The translations under genes were made by a program, and so were the position numbers. Shown in pieces: positions 1 through 13,099 of a stretch of DNA of 64,000 bases. The notes under the pieces are model-generated. The model was given only the letters and a program-made list of their open reading frames with translations. It was not told where the DNA came from and did no database searches. Origin of the DNA: Octopus sinensis (Eukaryota); NCBI RefSeq assembly GCF_006345805.1, contig NC_043024.1, positions 16,740,001-16,804,000 on the forward strand, in the 5' to 3' direction. Each line of letters begins with the position of its first letter. Positions within the stretch are counted from its first letter, which is position 1.

Positions 1-205
1 CTGAGACTATCTTGTTATTTAGCCCTAGGTCAACCCATATTAAGCAAACTTAATGATCAAAGGAGTTCCAGCCATGGCGATTCCATTCTTTCTGTGTATT
101 ATCCTGTAAAGCCAAATGTCACCATTTTGCTGTTTAAACCCAAGTTAGCCCTAGCTGAGTTAGACTATGATCCATGACAGTCTAGCCATGACCATCCTAT
201 TAATT

Positions 206-360
206 TGTGTGGCTGTGTGGTAAGAAGCTTGCTTCCCAACTGCATAGTTGCAGGTTCAGTCCCACTGCGTCTCACCTTGGGCAAATATCTTCTACTATAG
301 CCTCAGGTCGACCAAAGCCTTGTGAGCAGATTTGGTAAATGAAAACTGAAAGAAGCCCTT
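206..360 (+). mobile_element. tRNA-derived SINE family A, 5' half
   Basis: TGGCTGTGTGGTAAG (A-box-like) and GGTTCAGTCCC (B-box-like) head, ending in a (TA)n tract; same head recurs more than 15 times in the window. Confidence 0.85.
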
Positions 361-400
361 CATATATATATATATATATATATAATATATATATATATAT

Positions 401-751
401 TCTTTTACTTATTTCGGTCATTTGACTGTGGCCATGCTGGAGCATTGCCTTTAGTCGAACAGGAATTATTCTTTGTAAGCCTAGTACTTATTCTATCGGG
501 CTCTTTTGCCAAACCACTAAGTTACAGAGACATAAACACACTAAAATCGGTTGTTATACGATGGTGGGGGGACAAACATACACGTATACGATGGGCTTCT
601 TTCAGTTGTCCATCTACCAAATCCACTCACAAGGCTTTGGTCAGCCTGACGCTATAGTAGAAGACACTTGTCCAAGGTGTCACACAGTGGGACTGAACCT
701 GGAACAATATGGTTGGGAAGCAAGCTTCTTACCACACAGTCACGCCTGCAC
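401..751 (-). mobile_element. SINE family A, near full length
   Basis: Reverse complement of the family A consensus seen at 41352-41740 and 48612-49040. Confidence 0.85.
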
Positions 752-1449
752 CTATGTATATACAGAATATGAGGGTTTAGTTCACTCGTGTTCCAAACGA
801 ATAGGTACTCTGGGTAAGTGCTGTAGTTGGTCGACCATTAGGTTCCAAGATCACAGCTAAGTCTGTATATATTCCTTATATACTGTGAATTTTATTCCTT
901 GTAAACTGTAAATTTTCCCCGTCTAAATATTTATACTTTGTTTCTGATGATGGAATACCCAGTGCACAGACATGCTAACCAACCACTTGGGTAATCTCAG
1001 AAACGACTGTAAGACTTCAAATTCACCTTACCCTAATTAAATTATTCTAAATGACTTGAGATACTCGTTCTGTCTTGGTTTTGATTTTCCTCTAATATAA
1101 TCATCATCATCATCATCATCATAAATGAATGTGTGTGTGGCTTTGTGTCTGTCTTTATCCCCCCCCCCCCCCACCGCTTGTCAACTGGTATTCATGTGCT
1201 TATAGTTTGGTAAAGAAACTGATAGAATATGTACCAGGCTTACTGAAAAAGAAAAAAATAAGTTCTGGGGTCGATTCCTTTGACTGAAAAATTCTTCAAG
1301 ACCCCAGCATGGCCATAGTCTTATAACAGAAACAAGAGATCAGAGATGAAAGATATACAATACAAGGCGATGGCACCTTTTTAATGATGCTTGGATAACA
1401 TCAAGAATATTTGACTGCAGATTCTAGCTGTCTTGACGTTCGTTTAAAG

Positions 1450-1949
1450 CAGGAGTTCTCAACCATTTCTCATCTACAGGCCCCTTTTATTACCACTTTA
1501 TTCTGGTGGGTCCCTATAGCCATTCAATGTTTAAAAACTAGTTTTATACATAGTTCTTTCAAAATTCCTATTTTGGTTTTTTTCACACATAACTTGTGTC
1601 GGTTGAATTATGTAAAATGTTAGAGAAAGAAGCCTAGTTGTTTCTTGCAATACATAACCAACACGTACATCTAAATTAGGGGTTCTCAACCATTTTTTTC
1701 TATGAACCCTGTTTGATTACTATTTTTTCAGGGGGCCCTTAAAATACTGCTGTAGGTCCCCAATTTACTATTTTGCTTGCTTGGACTCCTTTGATTACTA
1801 TTTCATTCTGGTGGACCCCTTTCATCATTTTATATTTAAAAACTAGTTTTATAGAAAATGCTTTTCAAATTCCTATTTTGTTTTTCACACATTAACTTGT
1901 GTCAGTTGAACTATGGAAAATGTTAGAGAAAGAAACCTGGCTGTTTCAT

Positions 1950-1986
<37 letters not shown>

Positions 1987-2505
1987 TGTGTCATGGCACG
2001 CAACATCACCCACATCTTTCTTGCTCTGCACATTCATTCTCTTCTCCATCCAGTCAAACATCTTCATTCTCTGCCTCCCTCTCACCCTCCTTCCCACCAA
2101 CTCAGTCTCCACCATGTATTGCTCCATTCCATCATCCTCTCTGACCAACAAATCTCCACTCTCTCTCTGATAGCATCCATCTCTTGCAATACATAACCAA
2201 TACATCTTAAACAAAATTCTTTCACAATTGTAGACCTGCAATTTACTGTTTTCTCGTGTGGACCCCCAAAAATCTTATATGGACCCTAGTCGAGAACCAC
2301 TGCCCTAAGCAGATGCTTATTTTGCTTAATAAAAACCAAACTGTTTCTTGCAATACATACCAATACATATATTTAAGGCAAAAAATTTTTCAGGGACCCT
2401 TAAAACACCATTGTGGATTTCCAATTTAGTATTTTCATGCATGGTTCGCCAAAAAACTTATATTGACCCCCTCAGGGGCCATATGTGCTCTGGTTGAAAA
2501 TCATT
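1450..2505. mobile_element. Nested hAT-like MITE copies
   Basis: CAGGAGTTCTCAACC (1450) and GGGGTTCTCAACC (1679) starts, GAGAACCACTG and GGTTGAAAATCA ends; internal segment 1480-1660 repeated at 1790-1950. Confidence 0.6.
1955..2175 (-). mobile_element. RTE-clade LINE 3' fragment with (CT)n tail
   Basis: Translates LVREDDGMEQYMVETELVGRRVRGRQRMKMFDWM, resembling the RTE ORF C-terminus (G.R.RGRQR..W.D). Confidence 0.65.
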
Positions 2506-3403
2506 CATTTAGGGGTTCTTTCGTTGATTGGTGGACAACACCTAGCTCTTCACCTTTTATCTGCTTACACCCCCACCATCCTTCCTCCACCACCTACATA
2601 TCAAGTGCCTCCCCCACTATCTCAATGATAAGCTTATCACTTGAGATTGAAGACAATGATGGTGGTGGTGGTGGTGGGTATGTTGAAGTGATGTGGTGAC
2701 GGTGGTGACGGTGGTGGTAGTGATGGTATCAGGGAGACGTAAAGGTTATTGTTCCTCCTCTTCCCCCTTCAATCAAATTGAATCCTTTGGCTGAATGAGC
2801 GACTGGGATTGGTGCATTTGAAGTAGCATCCATTGAGTCAACACATACAATGTTCACACGTGTTAGTGCACACACACACACACACACACACACACACCAT
2901 GTAGAAGCTATCCTATTGACTCATGTACTTCACTTCTGATTAACCAAATCTATGATCAAAGGCATTCCATCCATGACCATCACATTTTAATTTTAGACAT
3001 TATATGGGATTACGTTATTCAAAGTGTCCTTCTTTCAACATGGTGGGTATGAAATGAAGAATATTTGGTTGATATTTCTAACAGTTCAAGTGATCCTATA
3101 CAAACGTTTGAGTTGTTATTTAGCCTGGTCAGAGCTACTCTAGAAGTCTTTTGAAGATCATATGCATTCTAAGTATGACCATCCCTTCTCATTTTAGAAC
3201 TAGATTATCCATTTACAACCCTAATAGTTTGAGCAAGCCACTACCAATACCAGAGGCTTGAAAGGGTTCAGAAGGCAGAGGGTCAGAAAGGCAAAAGAAG
3301 ATCACTGTGTGAAAAAAGTAGGGCTTACAAGCCACGGACAATGGATACAGTGGGACCATGCATTAAGCAACTGTAGTTCTGGAGAAACTCAGGACTACTG
3401 ATT

Positions 3404-3720
3404 TTTATTTATTTATTTATGTACCCTTTTCAAGCCTAGCCAGGCCCATGGACCCGGTTTCCCAGTTTCAGTGGCATGTGTTCCCCAGCTGGATGGGATG
3501 CCAGTCCATCACAGCGTTACTCAAGAAACATGAAGAGAGAGTGAGAGAAAGTTGGGGCGAAAGAGTACAACAGGGGTCGCCACCACCCCCTGCCGGAACC
3601 TTGTGGAGCTTTTAGGTGTTTTCACTCAATAAATACACACAATACCCAGTCTGGAAATCGAAACTGCAATCCTCTGACTGCGAATCTGCTGCCCTAACCA
3701 CTGGGCCATTGCACCTCTGT
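3404..3720 (-). mobile_element. tRNA-derived SINE family C inserted in the HERO remnant
   Basis: Head GAGGTGCAATGGCCCAGTGGTTAGGGC...GTTTCGATTTCC; (TAAA)n tail; 12-bp near-perfect TSD GGACTACTGATT (3392-3403) / GGAGTACTGATT (3721-3732). Confidence 0.8.
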
Positions 3721-4093
3721 GGAGTACTGATTAGGGGAAGATATCTTCTTCTGCGCTGGCAGACCTCGTGCTAACCTCAAGCAACCTTAAAATCTGGGGT
3801 AAAGAAGTGAACCCATCTTGTGGCTTATGTGTATTAACTGTTTGCATTTTGAATCACATTTCGACTGGATGCCTTAAGGTACTAGAAGACCAACACAAGC
3901 AGAGACTTAACAAAATCCTTATAAAAACTGCTAAATGGACAGATTTGCTGAGAATTAAGTTCTACAAACAGGAATCAGCATTCAGAATATCATTTAAAGG
4001 GAAGTGATAAAGCTTCTGAAACCAAAGCAACTGAGGGGAGCCCATTTTCTATTTTATATCAGTCCTCAGACTGGGAGATGCAAGTAGATTTAA

Positions 4094-4303
4094 CCCTTTC
4101 ATCACTGTATTTATTTTGAGATGCTCTGTGTTTCTCTCAATTATTTTAGAATTTAGTAAAATAACTTAGTTATCATTAAGCTAGTGTTAGGAACACAAAT
4201 TGTGACTAAGGTTTGGTGGAAGATTTTAATTCAAAACTTATGAAAACAAGACATTTGTACTAAAGAGCCAGAGCCGGTTTCAGCTGGGTTGGTAACGAAA
4301 GGG
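4094..4303. mobile_element. piggyBac-like MITE (TTAA target)
   Basis: TTAA at 4090-4093 and 4304-4307; termini CCCTTTCATCAC / GTAACGAAAGGG; removal restores the HERO reading frame. Confidence 0.85.
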
Positions 4304-5649
4304 TTAAAGGCTACAATCATCTTTCTTGGAGAGATTGCTGTAACATCACTTCAACCAGACATGTTCTTTCTGTTCAGGATCACAAGAATGATCATCGAGA
4401 ATGAACTCACAGCACTGGAAGAACAGATTCACCATTTGTTATCAACTGAAGAAAATTAAATATCAGGACTTGGTCAATTAGGTTCATGTCAAAAGGATGG
4501 CATGTTCTCTATTGAAACCAGATACTACAGTTTCCTCATGAGGTCAGTGTAGTATGTTCCACAGACAATGGAACCCAAACTGAAGAAAGTCATTCATGAA
4601 ATAATCATCAGGGATGGGACCAGCTGAACCCCTTCCTGCAAATGCACAGCTAATTCAGCCTGCATTGCGTCAGTCAGGTGAAAGGATGAAACACTCATCA
4701 CCGTGAGATACCTACTGAAGATGCAGAAGGGATCCAAGCAATGTGATAGATTTAGTTATCATCGAGAGAAAGAGCTTAAGTGTCGCTCCTGCAGTTTCTG
4801 TTTGCAGCAAAAAGTCTCTGATGTTTGCTTTATTTTAACATGTGCATTAATACATATATGTGTAGATATATATACTTATGTAAAAATAGATATGCATATG
4901 CATATGTGTATGTATATGTATTTATATATGATACGATATAATATATATAGATATATATAATATAATATATATATGATATAATATATATATATATAATATA
5001 TATAATATATATTATATATATATATATATATCTTTGAACACCCATAATTGATGCCTCAGGTAAGACTGATTACTTCAGGATCTGTGGGGAAGTGGGGTAT
5101 GAAGGTGGATGGTAGGGGTATTAAAAAGTACTCAGGATTATTGGAGAAGATGGTGGTGTGGTGTAGTTTTACAAGTGATAAGGAGATCATGTGACATGTA
5201 CCCTAGTAACATCTACCCAGTTACTTCCTTACAGCTGCAAGGTAAAACTGAAAAAAAAAAAAACACAAGTAGATGACTTATGAATCACACACACACACAC
5301 ACACACACACACATGCGACATGCAGTGTCTCTGTCACCCTCTCTTTTTGTCTCACACACACAACTCACTTTCTCTTCCCCCCCTCTGCCTTTCATTCACA
5401 CACACTTACACACATACTCACACACACTTTATGTACACAAACACACCTATAATTTTATCAGGGTTTCTAGATTACAAAAAGCAGGATATACGAAGGAAAC
5501 GACAGACATTTAAGTCATATAATTCTAAGCTGATACTTTAAAACTGACCCAAAGGTAAATACCTGTCTTTCTTTTCACCTGTATCATTTTCAATATTCCT
5601 CTGCATCTGAGCTCTGTATTCAAGCTCATCAGCATCACCGTTAACAATC

Positions 5650-5850
5650 TTGGCAAAATATTTGGTGGCATTTTACCTATCTTTATGTTCTGGGTTCAAA
5701 TTCTACCGAGGTTGACTTTGCCTTTCATTCTTTCAGTGTCAATGAAATCTGTCCCAGTCAAGCATTGGGGTCAATATAATCAACTAGCCTTCAGCCCCTG
5801 ATTTCAGGCGTTGTGCCTATAATTGCCTATAGTAGAAAAGAGGCCTTCCT
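5650..5850 (+). mobile_element. SINE-like family B copy
   Basis: Core GTTCAAATTC..CCGAGGT(C/T)GACTTTGCCTTTCAT..TTTC shared with many copies in the window. Confidence 0.7.
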
Positions 5851-6099
5851 GTATCAGGAGGATCACACTCTATCATCCTCCCTGCCCCCTTTTTTTTTAA
5901 GCCTTTGTATCCTATGCATATGTCCCTTCTTTTTCAGTGTGTACCATGTATACTTTCTTTCTTTCCTTTTTTTTTCTTTTTATCATTTCATTATTATATG
6001 TAAACCCTTACACTTTATATCTGTCTTTGTATTGTCCCACTCATCCTTCGCCCTGGTGGCAAATAAATGAAATCATCATCATCATCATTATTGTTATGT

Positions 6100-6215
6100 T
6101 TTTTCCTTCTTTCTTCAAATTTTCTTCCGTTTCTCACCGCCGAGTGTTTTCCATACACCTAGGGCAGAGAAGGGCATTGTATGCATTCCCAGATTACCCG
6201 CGCAAATTCACTGAT
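6100..6215 (-). mobile_element. 3'UTR-only fragment of an R4/Dong-like element
   Basis: Similar to 55040-55135 and 58040-58135 (TTCTTCAAAT..CCGAGTGT..CCTAGGGCA), adjacent to an ATC/ATT tract. Confidence 0.5.
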
Positions 6216-6264
6216 AAAATATGTATTTAAAAATTAATAAATAAATAAATTCATGGATGGATGT

Positions 6265-6710
6265 TATTTTCACAGTGTTATTGTCTGCCGTTACGTTCTG
6301 AGTTCAAATTCCGCCGAGGTCGACTTTGCCTTTTATCCTTTCAGGGTCAATAAATTAAGTACCAGTTACGCACTGAGGTCGATGTAATCGACTTAATCCA
6401 TTTCTCTGTCCTTGTTTGTCCCCTCTGTGTTTAGCCCCTTGTGGGTAGTAAAGAAATATATTATTATTATTATTATTATTATTCAAGGCAGCAAGCAGGC
6501 AGAATCATTAGCATACCAGGCAGAATGCTTAGTATTTTGTCCATTCTTAAATTCTGAGTTCAAATGCCACCAAGGTCGACTTTGCCTTTCATCCTTTCGG
6601 GGTCAATGAAATAAGTACCAGTTATGTACTGGGGTCGATGTGATTGACTAGCCCTCTTCCCCAAAATTTCAAGCCTTGTGTCTATAGTAGAAAGGATTAT
6701 TATTATTACT
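6265..6710 (+). mobile_element. Two adjacent SINE-like family B copies
   Basis: Family B core at 6295-6400 and 6555-6650, each ending near (ATT)n. Confidence 0.75.
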
Positions 6711-7231
6711 AGCTGGCCCCGTGCCATCAAAAATGATGGCTAATTGTAGTGCTGTATATATAAATATGGATGGTAAATCAAATTAATACACTTGTCAATG
6801 TTATCTAGTGGTTGTCTTTTGAGATGTGACATTGATCATCATTTGCTACTGAAAGAACGCTGGTTCACACATACAAATATTCACATGCTTCCCTTGTACA
6901 TGCACACACACACATATATACATATACTCACACAGAGTTGAAACGCTGTTTGATTTTTTTCTTTTCGGCATTGAATGTTCACCATCCCACTTCCATTGAA
7001 CACACAAACGTTCACATACCTGCCTTTTACATACACACATATATACTCACACGGAGCTGAAATGCTCCCACTACCAGTTTGCCATCACCCTTTCCTTCCT
7101 TATTCCTCTATCACCCCTTCCTTTCTCGTTCACATGTTGTGACAGAGAAAAACACAAGAGTATTATTATAGTAGATAATTATCATCATCATCATCATCAT
7201 CATCAGTATCATCATTATCATCATCATCATC

Positions 7232-7460
7232 ATGGCAATGGCTAATAGAATTGTTAGCACAGAGGAGAAAATGCTTAGCAGCCTTTCATGCGTCTTTATG
7301 TTCTGAATACAAATCCTGCCAGGCTCCACTAGGCCTTTAATCTCTTCCAGGGTCGATAACCCAAGCACCAGTTGAATACTGAAGTCCATGTAATCGACTC
7401 ACCCCTCTCCCCACTCACCCCAAATTGCTGGCCTTGTACCAAATTTTGAAACCATTATTA
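7232..7460 (+). mobile_element. SINE-like family B copy (diverged)
   Basis: GTTAGCAC..AAAATGCTTAGC..GGGTCGAT..GTAATCGACT..CCAAATTGCTGGCCTTGT. Confidence 0.6.
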
Positions 7461-7789
7461 TTAATATTGATTTGACTCACTCTCACTCTTATTCCTGGGA
7501 GTATTCATGTGGATTATGTGTGTTACTCCCTGTCATCACCTTAGGTATCCACAATCTTTCAATAGTCTTTCAAGTGATTAGAACCCTCCTGATAATCATC
7601 TTTCCGCTCCCTAAGACCCCACAAGACATTCGATTCCAATCTCCTTCAACCATTTCGCTATATCTTTGCTTACAGTTCCCAATGCACCAATTTATTAAAA
7701 TTCTTGTAATTTCAAATTTTAAGGGATTTATTATTATTATTGTTATTATTATTGTTGTTGTCGTGGTTTTGACATCATCTTCATTGTTA

Positions 7790-8125
7790 TTATAATGTCA
7801 TTCTTCTTCGTCGTCGTCGTCTTCTTCTTCTTCTTCTTTTTCTTCTTCTTTTTCTTCTTCTTCTTCTTCTCCTTTTTCTTCTTCTTCTTCTTCTTCTTTA
7901 TCTCCTCCAACTCCTCCTCCTCCTCCTTGTTGTTGTTGTTATGCAGAGAGCCAAAACAAATGCCACAAACATATGTTGTGGTGTTTGCTCCAACTTTTTG
8001 CGTTTTGAGTTCAAGTCTCACTGTGGTTAGTTAGCTTTGTCTTTTTATCCATCACCACCACCACCATCACCACCACCATCACCACCACCACCACCACTAC
8101 CACCACCACCACCACCACCACCACT
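7790..8125. repeat. Compound trinucleotide microsatellites (CTT, CTC, TTG, CAC)
   Basis: Seen directly; source of the poly-K and poly-F ORFs. Confidence 0.95.
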
Positions 8126-8446
8126 CTTTTCACTTCTACGTGAGTTTCTACTGCAACATGAGGTGTACTCACATGTTTCTGAGACACTTGCTAGAATTGT
8201 GCTTTGAGAATACAACAGTTGTTTGCTTTCTGCAACTGTTTTGCATGTTTGTATTGGTTTGTTTCATTTCTGGGGGCTATTTTATCATTAATTGGGTGTA
8301 ATATGAGTTGTGTTGAATGTGTGTGGTAGTATGTGTTAAGCAAGGATTGTGTAGAATATTTCCTATGTGGGTTGATGAATTGAATTTGTACTACAAAAGG
8401 ATGTAGGCTGCCTTTAGCAAGATATAAATCCTGTTATAATAATAAT

Positions 8447-8863
8447 AATAATAATAATAATGATAGTAATAGTAATAATAATAATAATAATGATAGTAAT
8501 AATAATAATAATGATAGTAATAATAATGATAGTAATAATAATAATGATAGTAATAATAATAATGATGATAATAATAATGATAGTAATAATAATAATGATG
8601 ATGATAATAATAATAATGATAGTAATAATAATGATAGTAATAATAATAATGATGATAATAATAATAATGATAGTAATAATAATGATAGTAATAATAATAA
8701 TGATGATAATAATAATAATGATGATAATAATAATAATGATAGTAATAATAATAATGATAGTAATAATAATGATAGTAATAATAATAATGATGATAATAAT
8801 AATAATGATAGTAATAATAATAATGATGATAATAATAATAATGATAGTAATAATAATGATAGT
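8447..8863. repeat. About 420-bp (AAT)n array with periodic GAT/AGT interruptions
   Basis: Seen directly; continues at 9205-9330 on the other side of the SINE. Confidence 0.95.
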
Positions 8864-9204
8864 AAAGGGTAAAGACCCCCTTCGGTCATGAATGACCATG
8901 GGATTGCACCTAGAAAGTTACCCTCCTAGACACAAGTCCGGGCAAGGTTGTTTATGGAAGGCTAGCAGTCGCCCATGCATACCAGCCTCCCCTCTCCACG
9001 CCACCAGTGTTATCCAAGGGAAAGACAAAGGTCGATACAGCTTGGCACCTGTGACGTCGCAACTCATTTCTACAGCTGAGTGAACTGGAGCAACGTGAAA
9101 TAAAGTGCCTTGCTCGAGAACACAACACGCAGCCCGGTCCGGGATTCGAGCTCACAACCTCACGATCGTAAGCTCGACGCTCTAACCACTGAGCCATGCG
9201 CCTT
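8864..9204 (-). mobile_element. Young tRNA-derived SINE family D (CORE-like centre)
   Basis: A box TGGCTCAGTGG, B-box-like GCTCGAATCC; about 5 differences from the copy at 34153-34496. Confidence 0.9.
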
Positions 9205-9539
9205 AATAATAATAATAATAATAATAATGATAGTAATAATAATAATGATGATAATAATGATAATAATAATAATGATAATAATGATAATGATAGTTATAAT
9301 AATTGTAATTAGTTATTATTATTATTAGTGTTATTATTGTTACAATTAAAGATGATGGTTAACTGAATTAGTGCAGTGCCAGAGAAAATGCAATATTAAA
9401 TCTTATGTCTATATATTTTCCTGTTAACTTCCCTTTACATCATTCTGTGGTCAAGCAAATACCCTTTCACCCAAGTTTGTGACTTTGTGACAGAGCTTGG
9501 AGTAATAATAATAATCAGTTTGCAAGAGATACAAACACC

Positions 9540-10355
9540 AAGACAGATACAGAAGTCTGGGGGCTATTGATGAGGAGGAGTGACCTGAAGATAGAATCAG
9601 AAGCACTTACATGTGCAGCATAAGAACAAGCATTAAGGACTAACTATGTGACGTGCAGAATTGACAACACTACCAACAGCGATTAATGTGGAGTGTGTGG
9701 AAGGGAAGGGTGAAATTGTATGGCATATCGTTAGCGAATACCTGAAATTGACACAATGCGAATACAAAAGACAACATGACATTGTGACAAGAACAATCCA
9801 TTGGGAGTTCTATGGAAATCCCAGCCTATAAAAAGCAAAGATGTGATATGAGAATTACAAAATCCTGTGGGATGCAATGATTCAGTGCAGTCACCTGACC
9901 AGACACTGGAAACTGGACATTGTTGTGGTGGAAAATAAAGAACATACATGATAGTCAGCATGGCATACCCTGGTGACAGCAGGATCAATGAGTAAAAAAG
10001 AAGAAAAAATGAATAATTACGATGATTTGAAGTGGGAAATACGAAGGCTGTGTTCAATGAAGAGCGTAGACGTGATGCCAATAGTAATTGGTGCACTTGG
10101 GCATATCAGCACTCAACTACCAACATGGCTGAAAAAGATTGGTGCAAGTGTAAAGGTAGAACGCCTACAAAAATCAACATTGCTTGGAACTGCAAGAATT
10201 CTTCGCAGGGTTCTTGAAATATGACCAGAAAACAAGCGTCACCTTTGTCTGCTGGTTGTGGGCAGTTGACACTTTCCATCACACCCAGCAAAATAAGCTG
10301 AGAGTTTTCATCAAATAATGATGATGATAATGGTAATAATAATAACAACAACAAA
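9540..10355 (+). mobile_element. R4/Dong-like non-LTR retrotransposon 3' remnant
   Basis: SDLKIESEALTCAA, CGVC...WHIVSE..EYKRQHD, KLDIVVV..MAYPGDSRINE, YDDLKWEIRRL..PIVIGALG..LQKSTLLGTARILRRVL*; AAT/AAC-rich tail. Confidence 0.85.
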
Positions 10356-10431
10356 TTCAATCGTGTATTTTAATTAATTTTTTTTTTCACCTAACTTCAT
10401 TTTATAGCCCTTCTTTCTCACTTCTTACATC

Positions 10432-10929
10432 CTGTTTTTGGCATGGCTCCTATCATTCCAAACACCAAACCTTTACAGAGTGCACTGGGTCCATTTTAGC
10501 ACAGCACCAAACAATGGAGAGGTTGTCATGCCAAACATCAGACTAAAATCTTCCCTCATCACTAAGTTATCTCTCCCTTCATTTGCCATCCACTTTGCAG
10601 AGTGTATTGAGTGCATTTAATCATGTCAGTGGTTTTCAACCAGGGTTCTGCGGAACCTTAGGGTTCTGCCAGTACAGTCCAGGAGTTCCGCAAGAAGTTA
10701 CAAAAATGCTAAAATTGACAGTAATTTTTAATTCTCCTGTGCAGATATGTGTGCATAGGACAATTAAATTGTTGCACAGGGGTTCCTCGAGCCAGTGAAA
10801 TGTTTTCTTGGGGTTCCGCTCCAGCAAAAAGTTTGAAAAGCATTTAATCATGTGATTAATTCTGTTGAGATTACCTTTTGAACCAAAAGGCTGAGAGCCC
10901 CCACTATCTTGCTGCATCCCTGTCAAAAA
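10432..10929 (+). repeat. Local duplicated segment, copy 1 (carries a hAT MITE)
   Basis: About 280 bp shared with 13100-13375 once the MITE is removed. Confidence 0.9.
10627..10845. mobile_element. hAT-like MITE with 8-bp TSD
   Basis: CAGTGGTTTTCAACC start, GTTTGAAAAGCATTT end; AATCATGT at 10619-10626 and 10846-10853; empty site in the paralog near 13280. Confidence 0.85.
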
Positions 10930-10934
10930 TAGAC

Positions 10935-11340
10935 GTGGCTGTGTAGTAAGAAGCTTGCTTCCCAACCATATTGTTCATGGTTCTGTCCCCTTGTGTGGCA
11001 CCTTGAGCAAGTGTCTTCTACTATAGCCTTGGGCTGACAAAAGCTTTGTGAGTGGATTTGGTAGATGGAAACTAAAAGAAGCTTGTCGTATATATGTATA
11101 TGTATATATATGTGTATGTGTGTGTATATGTTTGTCTCCTCACTATTTGCTTGTCAACCGATGTTAGTGTGTTCATGTCCCTGTAACTTTGCAGTTTGGC
11201 AAAAGAGACCAATAAAATAAGTACTAGGCTAACAAGGATTAAGTCCTGGGGCCAATTTCTTTGACAAAAATACCCTTTAAGGTGATGCTCCAGCATGGGC
11301 ACAGTCAAATGACTGAAACAAGTAAAAGAATTAAGGAATA
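10935..11340 (+). mobile_element. SINE family A, full length
   Basis: Head, central (TA/TG)n and 3' half ending GAAACAAGTAAAAGAA. Confidence 0.85.
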
Positions 11341-12900
11341 TATATCTAAGTAAGAAATTAAAATCTTAACTGATGTTTTAATGATGTTTCTTAATGGTGT
11401 TTTTTAAAGAATTTAAGAATATTAGAATAAATATAATTCAATATTATCACCAGAAATATATGTTTTATACAAAATGTAGGGTTGCAATTACTTGGAATTG
11501 TCTGCAATAATGTTTCTGAAAGTTATATTTTGCTGTGGAAGTTTGATAAGATTTTTCTAAAATTGCGGAAGTCATTATTTTACAAAAAATCCTTACAGAT
11601 ACTCTAATTTCAACATGACATTAAATGAAAGAAAACTTGTTCTGGGGAGAGAAATTATATATTTAAAAATGTACTTTTAAAGTAGTGAATGTCCTTTTTA
11701 TAAAATATATTTTCATTTAAATCCTGTACTGCAAAAATTAGATATTCCCCCTTAAAATGTCATTACCCTTAACTGTGGACAGGAATTTTATATAGCAATC
11801 TATCTGTTGTTGAAGAATGTCAATGTTTGGAGCTATTTCCCATTGAGATTTGTCGAGTTCATTGAGGCAACATGACCTGCATGGAATATCAATTCTATTT
11901 CTTTTTTTTTTTTTTGGTAGATATTTGACATCATTACTGGAATGACCATGAAATTTAATTTTACAGCCAAAGGGTTAATTTTATTAGTGATAACTACATT
12001 TTGTGGAATGCCAGAATTCTTTTAGGAATGCTGAATGTTTTTCTTTGATTCCATTAAAAAAAAAAAGACTTCTAGGAGAATATCTGATAGAAGATAAAGA
12101 ACTTTTGATGGCAATGTTTAGAAACTCATCTAAACAGCTAAGAAAGTTCTTTTAACATTATTATGAGTTACATCTTTGGTAAATAGAATTTCCCTCTCTT
12201 GCAATGAGTTATAATTTTGTGAAATTCCAACATGATATTTCAATGTCTTCTTTTGAAGCTATCAGCCCTTTAGAATCATTCAATAATTTACTTTTAGAAA
12301 GGAGTAAAAAAAAGATAAAAATTAAATCATAAATTTCTCAATTTTGTTTTGTATCTAAAAATTATGACAGTTGTCATCAAGATATAACGTGACATTATTT
12401 TGATTTCATTCCAAAGAAATGTTATCCATCATCACTGCTTTATGCTAAAAGTTTTTTGACTATCCCTGCCCCATACAAACCTGTCTGATGATTCCTCTTC
12501 CATGTCACTACTTTCCTGCCTTTCTACTTTCTCGTTATACAAGACATCCACCCCAATTCTTAAATCATATACAAGCAATGAACAATACTTTAGTAATATT
12601 ATTATTATTTATAACAAATATAATTATTTGTCTAACCCATGCTAGCATGGAAAAATGGACATGAAGGAACAAATATGCAATATTTTTTTACCAGATTGTT
12701 TATTACTATTTGTTTCTGAAGAATTGCAGCTTGGAACTGCAGTTACATTGTAATCTCGATCTGTTTAGACTTGTCTAATATACATGCACGCACACATACA
12801 CACACATACACACACATGCACACACAAACATACACACCACACACACACACACACACACATACAGACACATGCACACACACACACAACATACACATGCACA

Positions 12901-12941
<41 letters not shown>

Positions 12942-13099
12942 ATACCATCACTTTACATTCACTTTTCATGCTGATATAAGATGGACAGTTTGCCACTGTC
13001 TAAATCAGTTCTTATCCAGAATTTCTGTTCCCTGAGATTAGTTGGAGAACTTTGAGAAAGGAGTAAAGAATACTGCCCTCCTTTCTTCTCACTTACGTC

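Larger units (their letters stand above)
3230..4640 (+). mobile_element. HERO-like (RLE) non-LTR retrotransposon 3' remnant, interrupted twice
   Basis: Decayed peptides VGLTSHGQWIQWDH, SNLKIWGKEVNPSCGLC..LNHISTGC (CCHC knuckle), DWEMQVDL..EIAVTSLQPDM..ELT and KKIKYQDLV (PD-(D/E)xK nuclease region). Confidence 0.8.

Noticed and set aside
940-965. CTGATGA core at about 944
   Set aside because: No GAAA or stem III follows; at best a truncated LTR end
4688-4721. Permuted (type II) hammerhead in the HERO 3' region (GAAAC...CTGAAGA)
   Set aside because: No room for stem I between the putative cut site and the core, and no adjacent stem II
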